DNA from: a virus
Lineage: Duplodnaviria; Heunggongvirae; Uroviricota; Caudoviricetes
IMG/VR virus record: IMGVR_UViG_2541047764_000008
Reading direction: 5' to 3' (one strand)
DNA: 32,225 bases
The first letter of the stretch is position 1, and each line of letters opens with the position of its first letter. The position numbers and the translations under genes are program-made. Shown one piece after another: positions 6,899-15,534 of the stretch. The notes under the pieces are model-generated. The model was not told where the DNA came from. It saw only the letters and a program-made list of their open reading frames with translations, and made no database searches.

Positions 6899-9124
6899 AT
6901 GACAAAATATACTTTTGCTTTTCCGTGGAATGCCCCACGGTCGGCAATAGTCAGTCCATATCTTACCTACGACCAACAGTATCGCCGCGACCGTATGTTC
7001 GCGGCTTTGCTGCATGCGAAAAAGGTGCTTTCTCTCCAGCCCGACTGCGTGCGGTTAGATGTTTATCGCACTGCTGCGGTGCTGGAGCAAAATCAGGGCA
7101 GTCAACGAACCAATGCCTTTTTAATCAGCTTCTGCAAAAAGGCATTGCCGCGTCTTGAACTGGTCGCAAAAAAATACGAATGCGCGGGTATCAACAGCAA
7201 TGTATCAACCGCTGTTTTTGGAGGTCATTTTGATACCCAGCTTATGCAATATCTGGCGTCTCGCATGGTTAATATGGTCGCCCGATATAACCGCCTCCCG
7301 GACATGTCGCGCGCTGATGTTGACCTGTTGGCCGCTGATATTGCTAATTTCATTCGTGGTGAACTTGCCAACATTGATGACAACGGATTCGGCGAGCTTA
7401 AAACGCTGTACACCTGGTATATCCGTGCTGGCTTTATTTCCCTCCAATTCAACGTTATCCCACCACATTGGGATCGGGTTGCAAAAAAATATGTCGGCGC
7501 GGATGAAATCGCACCGGCTATCGCCAAGATGTTTAACGATGGGTGGTGGCGTGGTCGTTTGCGCCGTGTTGCGGCTACTTGGCGCGAACACCTGCAAATT
7601 GCAGTCGGCAACGTCAGCAAGAAAAAAAACACCTACGCGAGTAAAAACTGCGTGACTGACTGGCGTGAACAAAAGCGCCGCACTCGTGAATTTCTCAAAG
7701 GTCTGGATCTCGAAGACGAAGACGGCAACCGTATCAGCCTGATTGAAAAATATGATGGCTCAGTTGCTAACCCTGCCATTCGCCGCTGTGAGCTCATGAC
7801 CCGCATTCGTGGGTTTGAAAACATCTGTAATGAGCTCGGTTATGTTGGTGAGTTTTACACTCTAACCGCGCCGTCAAAATATCACGCCACGACTAAAGCC
7901 GGGTACCGTAACAGCAAATGGAGCGGTGCTAGCCCGGCTGACACGCAAAACTATCTAACCGGTATCTGGGCGCGTATCCGTGCCAAACTGCATCGGGAAG
8001 ATGTCCGTATTTTCGGTATTCGTGTCGCCGAACCCCATCACGACGGCACTCCACACTGGCACATGCTGATGTTCATGCTGCCGGAAGATGTTGAATATGT
8101 TCGATCCATCGTCCGTAAATACGCATGGAAAGAAGACCGCCACGAACTGAAAAGCGATAAAGCCAAAAAAGCACGTTTCCACGCCGAGGCCATTGACCCG
8201 GAGAAAGGCAGCGCAACCGGCTATGTTGCTAAATACATCTCAAAAAATATCGACGGTTATGCTCTCGATGGTGAAACCGATGATGAAAGTGGTGAACTGC
8301 TGAAAGAGACAGCCCCCGCCGTTTCAGCATGGGCAGCGCGCTGGCACATCCGTCAGTTTCAGTTTATCGGTGGTGCGCCGGTGACGGTCTACCGTGAGTT
8401 GCGTCGCCTCGCTGATACCGAAACCGCGCACGGCCTGAGCGTTGAGTTTGCCGCCGTCCATGATGCCGCCGACGCAGGTGACTGGGCTGGTTATGTTAAT
8501 GCGCAGGGTGGGCCGTTTGTCCGTCGCGATGATTTACAGGTGCGTACACTGTATGAACCCCGTACCGAGCTTAATCAGTACGGTGAGGAAACGGTATGTA
8601 TTAAGGGGGTCTACGATTCCTCCATAGGTGCAGGAAGCCCGATTTTAACCAGGCTTACTCAGTGGAAGATTGTTCCGAAGCGTGCTGTTGATTTGGCCGT
8701 TGACCTTCAGGACGGCAAAGCCGTCCCTCGGAGTTCTGTCAATAACTGTACGGGAAGCGAAAGCGATCCACCGATACTGGATTTAACAAAACCACTGAGT
8801 CGGCGTGAAAGACGAGAATTGACCAACCGACTCAGGAAGCAAAAGCCAGCAGCACGGCGAAAATTCATCCACGGAACGGATGAGCAAAACGCAGCTATAG
8901 CTAAAACTATCGACGAAATACATCTGACAACCGGCATTAATATCAGCCGGGGCGAAGCCCTGCACCTGATGGCCGGTGGTAAAAGTTGTTTTGATGGTAA
9001 ATGGCTACGCGGAACGGCCAAAGGAGAAATATTTTCCGCAGCACCATCGCATGAGGCTAAAGCTCGGAAAATCCTTAATCGTGTTGCGGCGATGGCTGAA
9101 GCATCAAAACCAATACATGAGTAA
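6899..9124 (+). CDS. A: Replication initiation protein A (rolling-circle HUH endonuclease)
   Basis: 741-aa ORF with an HUH-type motif (GTPHWHMLMF) and a downstream tyrosine motif (GYVAKYISKN). Size and position match P2/186 gpA. The exact start is uncertain; 6899 is the first ATG of the ORF. Confidence 0.9.
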   Translation: MTKYTFAFPWNAPRSAIVSPYLTYDQQYRRDRMFAALLHAKKVLSLQPDCVRLDVYRTAAVLEQNQGSQRTNAFLISFCKKALPRLELVAKKYECAGINSNVSTAVFGGHFDTQLMQYLASRMVNMVARYNRLPDMSRADVDLLAADIANFIRGELANIDDNGFGELKTLYTWYIRAGFISLQFNVIPPHWDRVAKKYVGADEIAPAIAKMFNDGWWRGRLRRVAATWREHLQIAVGNVSKKKNTYASKNCVTDWREQKRRTREFLKGLDLEDEDGNRISLIEKYDGSVANPAIRRCELMTRIRGFENICNELGYVGEFYTLTAPSKYHATTKAGYRNSKWSGASPADTQNYLTGIWARIRAKLHREDVRIFGIRVAEPHHDGTPHWHMLMFMLPEDVEYVRSIVRKYAWKEDRHELKSDKAKKARFHAEAIDPEKGSATGYVAKYISKNIDGYALDGETDDESGELLKETAPAVSAWAARWHIRQFQFIGGAPVTVYRELRRLADTETAHGLSVEFAAVHDAADAGDWAGYVNAQGGPFVRRDDLQVRTLYEPRTELNQYGEETVCIKGVYDSSIGAGSPILTRLTQWKIVPKRAVDLAVDLQDGKAVPRSSVNNCTGSESDPPILDLTKPLSRRERRELTNRLRKQKPAARRKFIHGTDEQNAAIAKTIDEIHLTTGINISRGEALHLMAGGKSCFDGKWLRGTAKGEIFSAAPSHEAKARKILNRVAAMAEASKPIHE

Positions 9125-9198
9125 TTCATATCCATATCATGCACATACAGCAATCGCTCTATTCGTTTTTTTTCTTCCCATCTTTTGCCAATACGTGC

Positions 9199-9218
9199 TA
9201 CTGTATAAATATACAGTA
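9199..9218 (+). promoter_or_regulatory. LexA operator (SOS box) overlapping a promoter upstream of the Tum/DinI-like module
   Basis: TACTGTATAAATATACAGTA is a near-perfect match to the LexA consensus TACTG(TA)5CAGTA. A -35-like TTGCCA sits at 9185-9190 and the box overlaps the -10 region. A GGGAGG RBS and the ATG at 9238 follow. Confidence 0.75.
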
Positions 9219-9237
9219 ACCCTATGGGAGGGATTTC

Positions 9238-9420
9238 ATGGTTGGCGAACATTTCAGCCGAACGCAGCAAAAGTGGGCTTGTGTGCAATTTATTGCCGAG
9301 GTATCTCTGATTGCAAACTGCAAGCCATCAGACTTAAAGCTCGCGCTCACTCTCATTGCAGACCTAGCAAACAGCGAAAATAACGAAACCGAAGATGATA
9401 ATTTTTATAAGGCTGATTAG
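9238..9420 (+). CDS. Small SOS-regulated ORF, possible N-terminal part of a Tum-like antirepressor
   Basis: 60-aa ORF with a strong RBS (GGGAGG, 5-nt spacer) directly downstream of the LexA box. It is in the same frame as the DinI-like ORF, separated only by TAG (9418-9420) plus one codon. Confidence 0.45.
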   Translation: MVGEHFSRTQQKWACVQFIAEVSLIANCKPSDLKLALTLIADLANSENNETEDDNFYKAD

Positions 9421-9423
9421 ATT

Positions 9424-9657
9424 ATGAGAATCAATATCACGTTGGATAAAGAGCAAAAAATTAGTCAGGCAACGTTGGATGCACTTGAGGCTGAGCTGTA
9501 CCGCAATCTTCAACCTATTTACCCAAAGACTGCTATCCGCATTCGTAAGGGCTCAGCTAATGGCGTTGAGTTAAGCGGTTTGAAACTGGACGAAGATAAA
9601 AAACGAGTAATGGAAATCATGCAGCAGGTATGGGAGGACGATAGCTGGCTGCATTAA
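9424..9657 (+). CDS. DinI-like protein (possible C-terminal/Tum72-like part of a Tum antirepressor)
   Basis: 77-aa ORF (MRINITLDKEQ...WEDDSWLH) resembling E. coli DinI in length and in its acidic Trp-containing C-terminus. It lies downstream of the LexA-controlled promoter. Confidence 0.7.
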   Translation: MRINITLDKEQKISQATLDALEAELYRNLQPIYPKTAIRIRKGSANGVELSGLKLDEDKKRVMEIMQQVWEDDSWLH

Positions 9658-9726
9658 CAAACGCCGTCGGTGCTGAATCTTGCTTTCAGTGCTGGCGGGG
9701 TTGAAACTGGCTCCGAGAGGCGTTAG
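9658..9726 (+). repeat. Imperfect direct repeat, copy 1 (~70 bp)
   Basis: AACGCCGTCGGTGCTGAATCTTGCTTTCAGTGCTGG...GGCGTTAG; shares the first ~40 nt almost exactly with the copy at 10062-10130. Confidence 0.6.
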
Positions 9727-9850
9727 TTCTACCTTTCAAACTTTCTCGATGTTTTATTGGTTACACACCGGTGATTAATGGGACGTTACCTTAGAGGATT
9801 TTATAGTGGCGCTTTGACAGCACTGAATAAAATTCATTGAGGGCGATAAT

Positions 9851-10060
9851 ATGCATCGACTACCGGGCGAAATTCCGCAGCACAAAACTAAAAGCATAAA
9901 ACTGATGGCTATCGTTCATCGCTTGCAGACGATAATGGTCAATGAGAACCTGACGCCAGCGGAATTGGTCGGGTGTGCAGAAATAGTCAGGGATAACTAC
10001 GATAAGCTGAACGATATCAGCAGGCCGACACAATATGCGCCACCACCATGTCGAAGATAG
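9851..10060 (+). CDS. Hypothetical small protein flanked by direct repeats
   Basis: 69-aa ORF with a GAGGG RBS 7 nt upstream of the ATG. No recognisable motif. Confidence 0.35.
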   Translation: MHRLPGEIPQHKTKSIKLMAIVHRLQTIMVNENLTPAELVGCAEIVRDNYDKLNDISRPTQYAPPPCRR

Positions 10061-10061
10061 C

Positions 10062-10130
10062 GAACGCCGTCGGCGCTGAAACTTGCTTTCGGTACTGGAG
10101 GGTTGAACAACGAGTCCCTCTAGGGGTTAG
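10062..10130 (+). repeat. Imperfect direct repeat, copy 2 (~70 bp)
   Basis: AACGCCGTCGGCGCTGAAACTTGCTTTCGGTACTGG...GGGGTTAG; a partner of the copy at 9658-9726. Confidence 0.6.
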
Positions 10131-10272
10131 TCTGTTCCGTAGAGATTGGCCCAAACCGGCACTATTAAAGCCGGTTTTCGTATGTCCAATCTAAAGAATG
10201 GGGGCTGACATCCCACCATCAGATTTGTGTTATTTTAGTGCTACTCATTCGTCATTAGACATTGTAAGGGCA

Positions 10273-10989
10273 ATGTATATGAAACCAAGCACACACTGCG
10301 TTTATTGCGGTGTTCTCATGAATAAGGTTGAAAATCACCCCCACTGCCGCTCAGTTGAACACATGATTCCGCAAGTTTCAGTCTCCATTCATAGAACCAA
10401 CGGCGAAGGTGATTTCTATGTATGCAAAAAGTGCAATGGCGATAAAAGCCGAATTGACGAGGTGTTAGGTGTCATTTGCCGCATGGTAGGAGAGCACTCA
10501 ACAGGCAGCTTTGATGCTGTTAATAAATTCCATAATGCGCTTAAAAGAAAAGACTCGAAATTTCGTGAAGCATTCCAGAGTGTTAGGCATACAAAAAAAG
10601 GTGCGCAGATAACATTACCCCTAAATGGTAGGGAGATTTACCAATACGGCACCTGGTTAGCCAAGGGAGTATTTTTCTTAGAGTATGGGCAATTGTTGAC
10701 TGTAGATAAATTAATTTGGATTAATATCGTTCGCCACGATGAAGTAATGGCTATTAAAGAAATGTATAGAAATGAACGTGGCTCTGAGGCATTTGATGAT
10801 TTATCGAAGAATAGCAACATTCCAAATATTAATGGCGAGTCGTTTCTGATTGTTGGCCAGGATGCCCGAGAAATGTTTATTTGCTTCAATAGAGTAATGA
10901 TGTTTCATATAAAGATACTGGATAGAACGTTTATTAATCAAAAAAAATGCAAAAAAGCCCTACTCAATCTGGAAAAAAGGGTTCGATAA
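10273..10989 (+). CDS. HNH-nuclease-domain protein with uncharacterised ~170-aa C-terminal domain (moron in the A-to-cos accessory hotspot)
   Basis: HNH motif at the N-terminus (CVYCG...HPHCRSVEHMIPQ...FYVCKKCNGDKS). AT-rich by eye and sharply different from flanking phage DNA. Start uncertain: ATG at 10273 or 10279; the track's longest form starts at 10198. Confidence 0.55.
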   Translation: MYMKPSTHCVYCGVLMNKVENHPHCRSVEHMIPQVSVSIHRTNGEGDFYVCKKCNGDKSRIDEVLGVICRMVGEHSTGSFDAVNKFHNALKRKDSKFREAFQSVRHTKKGAQITLPLNGREIYQYGTWLAKGVFFLEYGQLLTVDKLIWINIVRHDEVMAIKEMYRNERGSEAFDDLSKNSNIPNINGESFLIVGQDAREMFICFNRVMMFHIKILDRTFINQKKCKKALLNLEKRVR

Positions 10990-11012
10990 GATAAATAAGA
11001 TGTAATGAATGT

Positions 11013-11034
11013 GTGCATGCCACTGCATTTTTTT
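11013..11034 (+). terminator. Weak terminator candidate downstream of the HNH moron
   Basis: Short hairpin (TGCA/TGCA stem) followed by a T7 run (11028-11034). Confidence 0.3.
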
Positions 11035-11134
11035 GCATGCGTTGATCCAACCGCCAAAACATAAGGAGTACCGGTAGTAGCTTAGCTAAAGCGAGGTCAT
11101 GCAACTGCATTAAAACCGACCCATAAAGCGGGCA

Positions 11135-11153
11135 GGCGTGGCGGGGAAAGCAT
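11135..11153. other. cos: cos-like 19-mer (candidate cohesive-end site of the P2/186 family)
   Basis: GGCGTGGCGGGGAAAGCAT closely matches the 19-nt cohesive end I recall for P2/186 (GGCG[A/T]GGCGGGGAAAGCA[C/T]). It sits in a non-coding GC-rich stretch upstream of the portal end of the late region, as expected. Confidence 0.5.
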
Positions 11154-11357
11154 TGCGCGCCAGCGGTGGTGCGTATTATTAAAAATTATCGTCTGAGAAC
11201 GTCGTGACGGCGCTGTAGTGGCCGGGTGTGATCGTGGGCGCGTGGTGCGTCTGTGGCGTGGTGCTAAAGGATGGGATCAGTTGCACAATTTTACGGTTTC
11301 GCTTTGGCTAATATCCATATTGAGACTTTATGTTCCCCACAACAGTTGGAGGCTTTA

Positions 11358-11582
11358 ATGGATAACTATCATATTACAAAAGATGGCGATAAGTGGAAGT
11401 TGCAAAAAGAGGGCAATGACCGCCCTAGCAAGACCGCGCCCACAAAGGCCGAGCTGATTAAAACAACATCTGAGTTTATGTCGAACAAAACAGGCTCGGT
11501 CAAAATTCACAAGGAAGATGGGAAAATTCAGGAAGAACGCACTTATCAGAGAAAAGATGATCCTAAAAAGTCTAAGGGCTAA
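11358..11582 (+). CDS. Small conserved hypothetical protein (DUF2188-like)
   Basis: 74 aa from the ATG at 11358 with a GGAGG RBS 5 nt upstream. The pattern KDGDKWKL...G...IHKEDGKIQEERTY...DP resembles small DUF2188-type proteins (from memory). Confidence 0.4.
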   Translation: MDNYHITKDGDKWKLQKEGNDRPSKTAPTKAELIKTTSEFMSNKTGSVKIHKEDGKIQEERTYQRKDDPKKSKG

Positions 11583-11590
11583 CATAGCAA

Positions 11591-11611
11591 AAGCCGCCAA
11601 AATGGCGGCTT
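11591..11611. terminator. Palindromic hairpin between convergent genes (likely terminator for the leftward Q-P operon)
   Basis: AAGCCGCCA-aaa-TGGCGGCTT perfect 9-bp stem. On the minus strand it is followed by a U-rich run, immediately after the Q stop. Confidence 0.5.
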
Positions 11612-11620
11612 AAAAGGTGA

Positions 11621-12667
11621 TTATTCCGGGTTGTCGAGTGTGTACTCTTTGAACCTGATGACCTCCATACCGAGCCAGTCGTTTACCTCCCTGAACCTAT
11701 CCTGCAGGGGTGACAGCTCATTACGCACAAATACCTTTGCCACCTTCTCAACGTCACCGAGTGAACCGATATTCTCGGGCTTGCCGCCCATGAGCTGGAA
11801 CGGCACGCGGTGCGCGTCCATCAGGTCGGCGGCGCTGGCTTTCTTAATGTTGAAAAAGTCATCCTTTGTGGCGACCTCGCTCAGTGGCACGATTTTGATG
11901 CCGTCCGGTTTTCCGCCGGGGGCGTAGAAAAACAGGTTCTTAAAGTTGCCGAGCCCCTTCGAGTTACGCATCGCCTCGCGCAGCGATTCGACGTCGGTCG
12001 CACTTTGCGCCGGGTCAGTCACATACATGATGTAGCCTGCGTGCGCGCCGTTCTGATAATACTTGCGGCGGAACAGCGTCGCGGATTCATTCAGCCAAGC
12101 GGAATTAAGCGCGCTGAGATATTCCGGCAGACCGTAAATCTCCTGATTAATGTCGGGCTCCAGCAGGTGAAACACGGTATCAGGCGCGAACTCGTGCGGC
12201 TGGGTGAAGTTTTCCACAAACCAGAAAATCGAATCGTCGACTCCGCGTCGGGTGTATTTGGCTGGCGAGGCCAGCAGTTTGATTAACTGGCCGGTGACGC
12301 TGTGGCGCTGCTCAAGAAAGGCGTTACCGAACACCAGATAATCGAGCGCAAAGCGGCTGAAATCCTGACGGGATAACAACGGGTGCGGAATGTAGGTGCT
12401 CGCGAGCACGTTACGCTTAACATAAATTGGCGAGCTGTGATGCACGGCAGAGCGCAGGCTCTTTGCCAGCCCTGAGAAGCTGACCGGCGGCTCGTACCAT
12501 TTGCCGTTACTGATGCACTCGACGTAATCCAGAATGTCGCGCTTATCGAGTACCGGCACCGGCTCGCCGAAGGTGAACGCTGTCGTTTTTGGCGGTGCGC
12601 TGGCGGTCAGTTGTTGTGGTTTGCTGGCCTTTTGTGCGTTGGCTTTACGGGATTTTTGTTTACCCAT
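11621..12667 (-). CDS. Q: Portal protein (P2 gpQ-like)
   Basis: 348 aa; size, orientation and position next to cos and the terminase match P2 Q. Confidence 0.85.
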   Translation of the reverse strand: MGKQKSRKANAQKASKPQQLTASAPPKTTAFTFGEPVPVLDKRDILDYVECISNGKWYEPPVSFSGLAKSLRSAVHHSSPIYVKRNVLASTYIPHPLLSRQDFSRFALDYLVFGNAFLEQRHSVTGQLIKLLASPAKYTRRGVDDSIFWFVENFTQPHEFAPDTVFHLLEPDINQEIYGLPEYLSALNSAWLNESATLFRRKYYQNGAHAGYIMYVTDPAQSATDVESLREAMRNSKGLGNFKNLFFYAPGGKPDGIKIVPLSEVATKDDFFNIKKASAADLMDAHRVPFQLMGGKPENIGSLGDVEKVAKVFVRNELSPLQDRFREVNDWLGMEVIRFKEYTLDNPE

Positions 12668-12668
12668 T

Positions 12669-14438
12669 TTAGTTGAACTCCAGAATAGATTTAGGCTGCA
12701 TGCCGCTACCGGCAGAAAGCGGTTCGTTTAACAGGGCGTGCATGGTCGCCCATGCGATATCGGCGTGGCTGGCTTCCTCGGTGCGGCTGGCCTCATAGGT
12801 GGCGCTGCGCCCGCTGCTGGTCATGGTTTTGCGGATGGACATAAACGACTGCGTGACGTCGGTTGCTCCGGCGTCGTACTCCAGACAGCCACGGCGAATG
12901 GTGTCTTTCGCCTTGAGTACCATTGCGGTTTTCATTTCAGGTGTGTAACGGATGCCGCGTGCCGCCGGGTAAAATGAGCGCACCAGCTGGAACACGCCGA
13001 GACCGAGGCCGGTTGCGTCAATGCCGATGTATTCGACGTTGTATTTCTCGGTCAGCTTGCGGATGCCCTCTGCCTGTGCTGCAAAATCCATGCCCTTCCA
13101 CTGGTGGCGCTCCAGCATGCGGAACTTGCCACCAGAGACCACCGGCGGCGCGAGCACGACGCACCCGGCACTGTCGCCGGTGTGTGACGGGTCGTAGCCA
13201 ATCCAGACAGGACGAGAGCCGAACGGATGGTCTGCGAACGGGGCAAAGTCCTCCCATTCCTCCATCACATCGACCATGCAGCGCTGCAGCTCCTCGAACG
13301 GGAATACCGACGCTTTATCGTCGACAAACTCGCACATAAACAGGTTCTTAAAGTCCTCATCACTGTTTTCGCGTTTGAGCTGGTCGAGGTCGAACAGGGT
13401 GCAGCCACCCGCAAGGGCGTCCTCAATGGTGACAATCTGCCGCCACTGGCCATCGTCGCAGAGCTGGCCACCGGCGAGCGCGCTGTGACTGATGTCGATT
13501 TCGATGCGGTCGGCAATCCGGCTGCGCCCCTTGTTGAACAGCTCGCCAGACCAGAAGGGGTAAGCGCCGTGCGCCAGCGTGGAAGGTGTCGAAAAATAGG
13601 TCGAGCGCAGGTGCTTTTGCGAGGCCATGCCCGAGGCGACTTTGCGCAGTTTCTGAAAATTCGGGATCCAGAATATTTCATCGACATACAGATCGCCGTT
13701 ATGGCTCTGCGCGGTGTTGGAATTGGTACCGAGAAAAATCAGTTTTGCGCCGTTGTTACCGATGACAATCGGGTCGCCAGTCAGGTCAACGTCGACCAGT
13801 CGCGCAAACTGGATGATGTATTCGCGGAACACGTAAGCCTGCGTTTTACTGGCTGATAAAAATATCTGGTTATGGCCGGTTTTCAGTGCGCGCAGCAGTG
13901 CCTCGCGGGAGAAATAGAATGTCGCGCCAATCTGGCGGGATTTGAGAATGTCACGAATACGGTGCTCCAGTCCTGCGCGGTACCACTGCAGCTGGTACTC
14001 GAAAGACTGATCGAAAAATAATTCCTCTAGTTTATCGATAGCCTCGTCGCTGAAAAAATTCTTTTTCGGCTTTTTGCGCTCCCCTTTGTTGCGGTTGGCG
14101 ACGTTGGGGTTAAGGTCGGCTTCGTTGCCGGTCTGGCTGTAGCGGTTGACTCGCGCCAACCGTTCAATCTGCCGTCCGAGCAGGTCAATCTCTTTGAAAT
14201 CACCCCCTGTCTTGTGCGGCTTGGCGATGAGCTGAATCAGCCTGGCCTCAAGGCTGCTTTCAACGCGGGAAATCGGCGCGATGCCGTCCCAGCCGTCGCG
14301 CTGCTTCCAGCTCTGCACGGTCGGGCGCTTGACCTGCAGCATTTCGGCAATCTGTGGCACGGAAAAACCCTGCCAGTAAAGCAGCGATGCCTGCCGTCGC
14401 GGGTCATGCAACAAGGTTGTATCTGTGGAAATGGTCAT
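12669..14438 (-). CDS. P: Terminase large subunit (P2 gpP-like)
   Basis: 589 aa, matching P2 P in size; it is divergent from the O-N-M-L operon and starts 1 bp after the Q start region on the same strand. Confidence 0.85.
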   Translation of the reverse strand: MTISTDTTLLHDPRRQASLLYWQGFSVPQIAEMLQVKRPTVQSWKQRDGWDGIAPISRVESSLEARLIQLIAKPHKTGGDFKEIDLLGRQIERLARVNRYSQTGNEADLNPNVANRNKGERKKPKKNFFSDEAIDKLEELFFDQSFEYQLQWYRAGLEHRIRDILKSRQIGATFYFSREALLRALKTGHNQIFLSASKTQAYVFREYIIQFARLVDVDLTGDPIVIGNNGAKLIFLGTNSNTAQSHNGDLYVDEIFWIPNFQKLRKVASGMASQKHLRSTYFSTPSTLAHGAYPFWSGELFNKGRSRIADRIEIDISHSALAGGQLCDDGQWRQIVTIEDALAGGCTLFDLDQLKRENSDEDFKNLFMCEFVDDKASVFPFEELQRCMVDVMEEWEDFAPFADHPFGSRPVWIGYDPSHTGDSAGCVVLAPPVVSGGKFRMLERHQWKGMDFAAQAEGIRKLTEKYNVEYIGIDATGLGLGVFQLVRSFYPAARGIRYTPEMKTAMVLKAKDTIRRGCLEYDAGATDVTQSFMSIRKTMTSSGRSATYEASRTEEASHADIAWATMHALLNEPLSAGSGMQPKSILEFN

Positions 14439-14603
14439 TGATGCCTCGCCGTAGTGGATTCAGGGCAAGGCTACTTAATGGCCGTCAGTGATTCGCTAAG
14501 GTGCTGTTGTGTGGGCGGTTGTCCAGTCGTCATTGGTGGTCTGGCGTGTCCTGAGTCTGGAAACTGGCGGTGACCAGTAACCTCAACCTCAGGACTCCTG
14601 ACA

Positions 14604-15458
14604 ATGGCAAAAAAAGTCTCAAAATTCTTTCGCATCGGCGTCGAGGGTGACACCTGCGACGGCCGCATTATCAGCGGCAACGATATTCAGGAAATGGCCG
14701 AATCGTTTGACCCTCGCGTCTACGGTTGCCGCATTAACCTTGAGCATATTCGCGGTCTCTTTCCTGATGGCGACTTCAAACGCTTAGGCGATGTGGTTGA
14801 ACTGAAAGCTGAAATAATTGACGACGATTCTGCGCTTAACGGCAAATGGGCGTTGTTCGCCAGAATCACCCCAACCGACGACCTGATTGCGATGAATAAA
14901 AAATTGCAGAAGGTCTACACCTCAATGGAAATTCAGCCGAATTTTGCCAATACCGGCAAATGCTACCTCGTCGGCCTTGCTGTCACCGATGACCCGGCGA
15001 GCCTCGGCACTGAATACCTCGAATTCTGCCGCAACGCGAAGCACAACCCGCTGCAGCGCTTTAAGGCCAACCCTGAAAACGTCTTTTCCGCTGCCACTCT
15101 GGCCGAGCTGGAGTTTGAAGACGTTCCCGACACGGTGCTCAACAGCCTGGCCGATAAGGTGAAAGCCATTTTCAGCCGTAAGCAGGTCAGCGACGATGCT
15201 CGCCTGAATGATGTGCATGAAGCGGTGACCACCGTCAGCGAACATGTGCAAACCAACCTGACAAAACAGGACGAGCGCCTTTCCGCTATGGAAACCGCGT
15301 TTGCCACTTTCAAACAGGAACTGACCGGCAAGGTTGAAGAAACCAGCCAGGCATTTTCCGACCTGAAAACCACCCTCGATAAAACCGAAAGTTTCAGCCA
15401 GCCGCGACGCACGAAAGCCAGCGGCGGTGGTGGCGATGAGCTGCTGACCGACTGCTGA
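14604..15458 (+). CDS. O: Capsid scaffolding protein (P2 gpO-like)
   Basis: 284 aa, the same length as P2 O; first gene of the rightward head operon. Confidence 0.85.
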   Translation: MAKKVSKFFRIGVEGDTCDGRIISGNDIQEMAESFDPRVYGCRINLEHIRGLFPDGDFKRLGDVVELKAEIIDDDSALNGKWALFARITPTDDLIAMNKKLQKVYTSMEIQPNFANTGKCYLVGLAVTDDPASLGTEYLEFCRNAKHNPLQRFKANPENVFSAATLAELEFEDVPDTVLNSLADKVKAIFSRKQVSDDARLNDVHEAVTTVSEHVQTNLTKQDERLSAMETAFATFKQELTGKVEETSQAFSDLKTTLDKTESFSQPRRTKASGGGGDELLTDC

Positions 15459-15534
15459 TAAACCGCAGACCAGAAACCGGGCGGCATCCCCGCCCGATGC
15501 AGTGACTAACCGATAAATTCAAACAGGAAATACT

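Noticed and set aside
7155-7672. Several 135-166-aa ORFs in alternative frames and strands inside the replication gene A
   Set aside because: They overlap the A coding sequence, which carries clear HUH and Tyr motifs; they are treated as frame artefacts.
8707-9383. ORFs 8707..9288 (-) and 8976..9383 (+) across the end of A and the LexA-box region
   Set aside because: They overlap the A gene in other frames or on the other strand and run through the promoter/operator; their composition is not protein-like.
12923-13856. Plus-strand ORFs of 138 and 209 aa inside the terminase gene P
   Set aside because: They are antisense to the terminase large subunit in a high-GC region and have Arg/Pro-rich low-complexity translations typical of spurious frames.
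14439-14603. Search for Ogr-type late-promoter elements (TGT-N12-ACA) between P and O, and upstream of V and FI
   Set aside because: No unambiguous match could be picked out by eye (the closest, upstream of FI, has 13-bp spacing); left unannotated rather than guessed.
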